DNA from: Chrysomallon squamiferum | Taxonomy: Eukaryota; Animalia; Mollusca | Reading direction: 5' to 3' | DNA: 64,000 nucleotides | Assembly: GCA_012295275.1 (NCBI GenBank) | Contig: CM022671.1 | Span: forward strand, 868,001-932,000 | Shown: piece after piece, positions 55,845 to 64,000 of the stretch | How the letters are laid out: every line of letters begins with the position of its first letter | Position numbering within the stretch: position 1 is the stretch's first letter | Notes under the pieces: generated by a model | What the model was told of the DNA's origin: nothing | The model's database searches: none | What the model saw: the letters and a program-made list of their open reading frames with translations, nothing else | Made by a program: the position numbers and the translations under genes

Positions 55845-56545
55845 AGCCTTTGCTAGCTTTAGACCTCACAACTTACAATAAAAAAAAAAAAAAATCGTAT
55901 TTATTTAAAGTTTAAATATAGTAAAATTTGTATCAATTCATTGACTGACTGGTTTATTTATTTATTTTTAATTTATTTTTTATCTCATAGTATATAGCTT
56001 TCACATTTTGTTTACTTTTTAACCAAGTCATTCTTTTTTCTTTGTTTCATTCTTTTCAGACTTCTGGTCTAATCATTTTATTTTCTACATCACCACTTTA
56101 AAATGTTTATCTATTTACATTCATAAAACTTCTATATAATTTCTCTATTTATTTATTCATTAATTAACAAATGTCATTTAATAATTTTTCTCCATATATT
56201 GTGTTTTATTATTAGAAAAAATATATAATTTTGGTTAAATAAATAAACATTTAAATTAAAACAATTCAAAATACACTGGAATCTCAGGTTATGAAAATAA
56301 TACGTTCCAGAACCCAGTTCATAAACCGAAGTGATGTCAGACACACGAACGCCACTCTCATGTTTTGCAATTATTTCTTTCTTAACCTCTACTGTGATAC
56401 GTTTATACTTTCCACCAGCATTATCACTTTCATTTTAATTTTTTCTGGGCGCCATATTGGATAGAGTATAATAAGAAATGTGCACATAAAAGCAGCAGCA
56501 ACACTTTAAAACATGGAAACACACAATCTCAATGCCAAAGCTTTT
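55845..56545. repeat. Locally duplicated block, copy 3, with a truncated and decayed left part of the MITE (from 56273)
   Basis: agcctttgcta.cttta.acctcacaacttacaat-polyA matches 21959-22022; after caaaata the sequence cactggaatctcaggttatgaaaataa matches 22391 onward up to acacaatctca.tgccaaagct. Confidence 0.8.
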
Positions 56546-57484
56546 GCACACCCGACTTTGAATGGCTTTATTACAAATCACATCATCTCAAGCACTACTG
56601 TGCACAAACCATTCCAGATAATAAAATTTGTTTCATGTTTCATTTTGTTGTTGTTAACTTTGCTGTGGCAATTATTTTTGTTTATTGTTGTACAATTATT
56701 ATTATTTTTAATTATTATTATTATTATTATTATTTTTAATTATTATTATTATTATTATTATTTTTTTTTTTTGTTGAGGGGTAACGTTTATGTTATTGTA
56801 AATTTATTTTCTTATTTATTTGCTATTTTCTTCTTTGTTTTTTTATTTATTATTTTTTGTTATTGTTATTATTATTATTATTTACAAAAAACAAAATTTG
56901 AAAAGAAATGAACAAAATAAGAACAAATAATAATAATATAATAATAACATTAGTAGAAGTAATAATAAATAGGTAAATAATAATTAGTAAATATATAAAA
57001 ATGCCAATAGAGGTATTTATTCCAAATTATTACTTTTGTAAAACAAAAAAATATAGAAAAATAATGATATTGTATTTTCTGGCAGGTGAAAAAATACGAT
57101 GCCATACAGTTTCAAAACACAAATTTTTAAAAACATATTTATTATTAAATAATAAAATATGAAAAACTACAAGTTAACAAATAAATAGGGTATGCTGTAT
57201 ACAAAGCTTGTAATTAGCAATTTGGTAATTATATGTAACACTAAATATATCCTTCACCAAAACATTATCAATCACAATATTTTCATAACAAATGAGGTAA
57301 TTAACAGATACAAATAATTTACATAATAATCAATATTATTCCGTGCACCAAAATTTATAAACTTACGAAAATTTTATGTTTCTATGATGTCACTCAAATA
57401 CTACAAAAAGCACTATGCAAACAAAATCTGGAATAAATATGTTTTAACATTTAGTTTTTTCAGTGCAGTTAAAAAAATTTTTTC

Positions 57485-60400
57485 CTATTGTCTTCGACTG
57501 AATCCACTGTAAATTACACGCTGTCCATTGTCTGCTGTTGCCTTGATGACAACATTTAATGATGTCAGAGATTTGGAGACTTCAACTACAGCTGTCAGTT
57601 TGCTGGTCTCGGTAGGATGAAGCAGGTCAGTGTATCCATCTCTAGAACCTACAGCAATGTTGTACTGTAAAGCAGATCTTGGATGAGAGAAGACTTTTTC
57701 CCAGCTGAGAAAAACTCTATTTTCCTGCCATTGAGCAACAACCTGGGCACCTAAAACAACAACACAAATTACAAAAAATAAAATTAATATATATAGATAT
57801 ATATACCAAGAATGACATTAGTAAGTTCTTACAAAATTAAATTTAAATGACATAACTTTGTGCATACTTAAGGCACTGTCCAATTATAATTTTTCAATCT
57901 AAATATATTATGTCAAATGTTAGACTGTGTACGACAAGAAATCTGGTAACACTAAATTTACCTGTTAGTTGTGGAGGTCGACTGTCAACGACAACGGAAC
58001 CAAAGATGGGATCACTTCTCTTCTCTCTAGCATCCACTGCGATCACCTCTGCTGTGTAGGTCACTCCATCATGAAGGTCAAGATCCACATCAGCGTAATT
58101 ACAAGATGTATTCATCCACTGTGTGACTGGTTCTTCTCCTGCTTTGATGTGATACTGAAATGTTTTTATATGACTCCAGTCACCAAACCAGGCTACACGT
58201 AACTTTTTGTTGTCAAACTGCACGGGAGGATGACCTGAAGAAACTTGATTTTGTCCTGAGACAGGGAACATGATTCTTCCATTTTGTGTCTTTGGAGACT
58301 GTAACAGTACTGTTTGAGGACCCACTGTCACAGATGTATGAAGTTCAAGTTTATTGAAACATTCAACACTGGCATAAACATCTTCATGATGGTAAGCATT
58401 CGTGATTTCTAGAATGCAGTGAGTAATATCAGTGGCCAAATTCCAGGACTGAATGTCTTGAGACATTGTATTATGTCCTACAGAAAAAAAAATAAAGTAA
58501 AATAACAATTGTTTTAATAGTTATTACCTTAAAAGTAATGATGATAAAAAAGAAGAAAGGAATCTTTTAAATCCTTGAGAGAAAACAACATCAAAGCCTT
58601 TAATGGTAAATAAACAGGTTGTGAAGTTTTGTAATTACATAAATTATAAATTTACTGTATATACCAAATTCTGGATTGCTTTATGTTAGTAACGTCTAAA
58701 ATCTTACCATGAGTATCATTATTACGAGTTTAAAAATGATAAACCTGTTTATATAACTTACCCAAAGCACACCAGCAGGATGTCACTGCAGTCTCCTTGT
58801 CCTGTACGTTCCATGTTACATTGGCCATGACAGACACATTGTTGTCATCTTCAGAATAGTAAACCAGAGTTATGTCTGCACCATTAATTACTGGTGGAGT
58901 GTGATCAACAGTTAAAGAGTTTGACTGGAACACAGAAACTAATCCTGCAGCATTTTCAGCTGTCACTGTAACAAAGACTGGCATGCCGTGAGGAACATCA
59001 GTTTCCACAAACTCGTGGAGATGAAGCAATGTTGGTTTAAGAGGTTGTATTTGAAATCCTCCTTTGGTTGTTCCAGCACCTATTTTAACTCGAATCAGGT
59101 CAGATTCTGGATCATATACTCTAGCAGAGACTGACAGAAGAGATGGTGTTATCTGTTCAACCGTCAAAGCTTTAGAGCCACCAGTTTGTTTTATTTCTTC
59201 ACACAGAAACACAGACACATCTTCTTGTAATATGAAGCCAGTAATTTCTGGCTGAATCTCAATATCATGGCTTCCAGATTTTGGTAAAAGAAAGGTGTTA
59301 TGGGCTTTGATTTTTGTTGAATTTTCAATAAGCACAAAAGATTTCGGAACTACTTCATCGTCAACTGAAAACAAAATCTGCATTTCAGGAAAGATTTGTT
59401 CATTCTGAAGTGGTTTGATGACACTTATTTTCAAATAGGCATTTTCTTCTACATCAACAGTTGCTTTCAGGCTCTTTGTTTTATTTGTTTGGTTGGATGT
59501 CAGGTCGGCATTCCAGGTAACATTCAAGCTTATGTCTGAAAAATTAGAACATACAAATCCAACAGGTGCTGTAGAATCAACTAAAATGGGAGAGGTTTTC
59601 ACCGTTGTACTGCGATGTCCAGCAGAATCAACTGCTGTCACTGATGCTTCATAACGTTCACCTTGAACTAGAGAGAGATTGTGGAGAACTATTCTGTTTT
59701 TAAATCCTGCATTCACTTTGACAAGCTCTGAATGTCTGTCTGTTGTTTTATAAACTGTTACTTGATAGTTAACAACAGCTGAATGAAGATCCTGAAAACC
59801 ATGCCATGAAACTCCAAGTGATGTCAGAGATGACTGTACAACGTGGTTGACGTGTTCTGCTGTATTGAAGACTACACCAGCAAGAGGAGCTTCATCATCT
59901 ACGACAAAACCATCGGAAAATGTCACAGTAGACAGACCTGCTTTATTTGTGGCTTTTATTGTTGTATAATATTTGGTTCCTGCTTTAAGAAGGTTTTGAG
60001 AAACTGAATAATTTGTAGCCTTTCCAACATCTAATGGTTTTAAAATGTCAGATCCTGCAAAAAGGAAAAGCAGAAATAAAACATTTGTAGCACTGAAAAT
60101 TCTTATATAATTAGTTTTGCACTACAAAAACAGCAACATTAACATAATCTGAAAACTAAAATTTATAATTGTGGTTACTGGATTTCTTTTTAACCTGGTT
60201 TCAAGTATGTTTCATATAACAATATGTTTGTTATATCAATAGGTGGCAACTCCATAAAGATTGCTACTTATTTAACAACAGGTTCAAGATATTTTAAAAT
60301 AATCATACCATACGGACAAGTGCCAATCTGAATGATGTAAGATACAATTCCACTTTGAGGATCACTGAACACACCAGCCCAGCATGACATCAGACTGCTG

Positions 60401-63400
60401 CTCCTGGTTATGAAATCAAAGTCTGTTTCACATTTGTCAGCAGAATCTTTCACAATTTTACCTCGTCTTATTCGTGGTGGTGTTGAGTCAACTAAAACAG
60501 GGGGAGACTGAAACTGTTTGAATTGTGTAAAATAATACCAGACTCTGACATACACAACATATTCCTGTCCATTCAGCAGTGATGTATTTGATGGCAAACA
60601 GTAGGTGACATTCTGCTGCAGTCCTGTGCTGTGCCAAACTGGATCTGATTTCAAATTGAATACGGGATAACCCACTTTCTGTCCTCTCAGTCCAATACTC
60701 CACTGAAATCTTCTGATGTTGTGAAGAGAATTTGCTTGAACAAGATCCCAGTTAGCTGTCAAACAAGATGTGGATGAAGAATAATATCTATTCTCATCTG
60801 AATTCAAATCACAGCTGATTCTTATTTCTGGAAATTTTGTAATGTTTGTTACATTTGTTACATTGATGCAGGATGTAGTTACCTTTGATGAGTCACATGC
60901 TCTACCCACAATGCCACAGGTGCAGTCTCTTGTACAGTAATGGATATCACAGGAATGTCGCTGGACTTGCAAAAAACCTTTGTGTGCTGTTTTATCTGAT
61001 TCAGTAACTGTGACAGTCAACTTACTAAATTCTGTTATTAAACCAACTCTGTTTTCTGCTCGGATAGACAAAATGATATTTTCACCATTGTGCAGCTGGT
61101 CAGAAAGCAGAACAGTTTCTGACTGTTCATCAGAATTATTGGATGGAAGAAAATATTTGATTCCTTCTGAAAGTTCAAACCCATCATAAAACCTGCTGAT
61201 CATGAGATGATATCCAACAAGTTGTGATTCTGCATCTGAGAAACCGTACCATGTTAAGTTGACAATGGCCAGTGTCTTGTTCCCATGTTGTGCTGTTTCC
61301 CATGTCATTGGAATCTTGAATCCACCAAGTTGTGGTGGTGTGGAGTCTATTAACAAATCTTTGCTGTGAGCTGAGGCACACAAACCAGCTTGGTTGCAAG
61401 CAGTCACTGACAAATAATACACATCTCCATTTCTCAATCTGTTGTCTTTGCTGAATGTTAGTATCTGTGATGTCTCTGCACCTATTTCTTTTCTCTCTAA
61501 TGAAACATTGCCCTCGTGGTGTGTCTTTAATGTAAGAATGTGTTTAACAATTGGACTTTCATGATCCTCAAATTTCCAGGCAATGTGCAACAATGAGATG
61601 TCTGTTTGCATTGATATTTGTTCTTTCTTGTATGAATTTGGATCTAAGAAATGAGGTTGTTCCAGAACTCGAGGTATGGTGTCATCTACAGTAAAGGCAT
61701 CAGATGTTGATACTGAATGTAATCCAACATTATTTGTGGTTCGTATAGTGATGTACATTGGAACAGAAACGGGTAAATGAAGATCAGATTTTAAAAAGGA
61801 ATCTGTCAGTTGCACATCTTCATATGATGTTACATTACACTGATATGGTTGATAGCCAAGACACCATTCAAACTTTTTAATGTCAGATTCTGGATCTTCA
61901 AATCCAAGCCAATGTCCAGATAGTGAAGTCCTGAAAGAAAAAATGACACTGTAATAATACAGAGAATCTAGAAACATTGATATGTACTTGTGTTATTCAT
62001 ATTATTTAACTGATAGTAACAAAACTTAAAACCTTAAAAAGAAGTGTCAAATTATAAAAATTATATTTTTGAAATATAAACAAAAGTTTCTAAAAATTAT
62101 CTTACACATGGCCAATGTATTTTTCATGATGTGCTTTGTTTCCTGCATAAACGTGTCCAACCAACGGTGGACTGTTATCTATGATCAGCCCATCAGAAGA
62201 TCTGATGGTACAAAGTCCACCTTTGTTACACGCTTCCACTACTGCAAAATACTTCCTTCCTGGGATCAATGGCCTGATCCATGTGAAATCTGGATGTGTA
62301 AAATACATACACTGTTATTGCCATTACTACAACCACTACAACAACAACAACTGCTACAATTACTACTACTGCTTCTAGTTATAGTATTAGTATTGCTGAT
62401 GAAGTTGCTATTTTTATAATTCTATGTACACTATTATTGTTATGTTTGTTGTCTATTTTAATTAGTGTATCATAATTACTCTGAACTAAAAATCATAAAT
62501 TTAAATTAAATTGTAATGACAGGAACACATACTTCTGCGCAGACCAACAGAAACCAGAGCTTCAACATTGGCATCTTGTTTCTGAAAGCCAAGTCCTACT
62601 TTGTAGTTGATAACACCTGAATGAATGTCCTTGAACCCTGACCAGCTACAGTGATAGGTTGTTGTATTCACCTGATAGTCAACATCCTGAAACGAAACAA
62701 TATTTTCTTTTTTCTTTTATCTTGAATATTATGCTTGTGTTTAACTCAATAATTAAAAAATATATATAGTTACTAGAAATAATGAATGATAAACATAAAA
62801 CAATTGTAATCTGATCTATTTATAATGCCTACTGTAACATATTTTAACATTTTAATGCATTGTTGCAAATAAAAAAATAATTATATTTCAGTTGAAATAA
62901 AAATTTGGTGATATCAGAAACACACTGTAAATATTTTGCACCTTTCCGTCTTCTTGGCCATCTCTAACAACTCCAGGATCAGGTGGAGATGTATCAAAAA
63001 GAAATGGTGCTGTATGCTGTATTGTTGATAATCCTGCTTTGTTGGTCACCTGAAAATAATAATTAAAAAACAAAGAAATCAAATAGATCGGTCTTGAATT
63101 CACTTGTCCATCCTGAATAAAGTGAAATGACTGGGTTTATATTTCATCTAGTTATAGCTGATCTCTAAACCGAGTCAAAGAAAAAAGAAACAATTATTCT
63201 CGTGACATGTAGTGATATAAAATAAATTATTAAAAATGATAAATTGTACATTGTGTACTGAAAATCTGAAATAATTAAAGCTCATTCTGACAAACAGATC
63301 CTTGCATGAACATAATTAGTAAATTACTTCATAGCCAACCTCAAACCTAACTCTGTACCACTGTCCATCCACCAATCCTTCTGCCTTGAATTCAGCAAAA

Positions 63401-64000
63401 TTATCTGTGTATTTTTTCACCATGACGAAACTGAATTTATGATTAAGTGACTCAACAGCCAGCCTGACTGCAGATAAGCCACTCTGAGAATCTTCAAAAC
63501 CATGCCAGTGTATTTTAAGTTTCCGGTTTGTAAGAGCATGTTGACCGATTCGAAGACCTTCTATTGTGAGATCTCCACGTTTGGGTGGTGTTGTATCTAG
63601 CACTGTTCCCTTGGAAACAGCTGTAGTCACATGTCCCAGATAATCATAAGCTGTCCAACCAAAATACAATTTAGTTAAAGAATTTAATATTTGTGTAATA
63701 AATTAAAACAAAATGTTTACAAAATTGCAATGACATGATTATTTTACTTTTACATATTATTTTTATATATTTAAATTTAAATTAAGAATAAATATATATA
63801 AAATAATGTTTGTCATATATTTTAACTGGATTTTACATTTTTCTAATTAAAAAATGGTAAAGTGATATGATTTTAATTAATATAATTCTTCTTAACATTT
63901 TTTCATTTATTTTTTATTATTATTATTTTCTCAAAGAAACATGGTTATATTTCACTTGTGATTATTTTAAGTAACCAACCTTTAACAGTGGCATAATAGG
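57485..64000 (-). CDS. Gene C: 3' half of a close paralog of gene A, including the terminal exon (no TM; probably secreted)
   Basis: Exons >64000-63980, 63650-63340, 63049-62942, 62686-62533, 62289-62106, 61930-60309, 60054-58762, 58477-57962, 57750-57485 (GAQVVAQWQENRVFLSWEKVF...VIYSGFSRRQ*). Direct repeat of 1-5170 including introns; frames are open. Confidence 0.88.

Noticed and set aside
56513-56911. Hydrophobic low-complexity ORFs (also 19521-19727, 23134-23463, 25174-25359, 55082-55434)
   Set aside because: Translations of (TAT)n, (TAG)n or (TG)n microsatellites and AT-rich DNA, or ORFs that run through N gaps.

Overview
AT-rich, microsatellite-rich animal genomic DNA with GT-AG introns (inferred invertebrate, plausibly a mollusc or other lophotrochozoan), with two 200-N scaffold gaps (10436-10635, 55132-55331). 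The window is dominated by a cluster of three paralogs of an uncharacterised extracellular protein family: signal peptide, PLAT/LH2 domain, EGF/Cys-rich modules, then many FnIII-like 'D.TPP..G.V.DG...W.GF.D.ESGI..Y' repeats. Gene A (minus, 19828 to beyond base 1) and gene C (minus, 3' half at 57485-64000) encode a giant form of about 3,440 aa (composite A+C estimate) with no transmembrane segment, so it is probably secreted. Gene B (plus, 25144-37110) is a head-to-head inverted duplicate of A's first 12 exons. It then diverges and ends in a MEGF10/SREC-type EGF exon, a transmembrane exon and a tail with six tyrosines (YxN and ITAM-like motifs), giving a 1,351-aa receptor. This looks like a secreted/receptor pair sharing an ectodomain with patchy gene conversion. 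Between B and C lie a 7-exon CDP-alcohol phosphatidyltransferase-family gene, an intronless ALG2 with a probable 1-nt homopolymer error, and a FABP gene. A pogo/Tigger-like MITE with a matching empty site and a three-copy non-coding block record the duplication history. Exon coordinates were read by eye; no database search was run.
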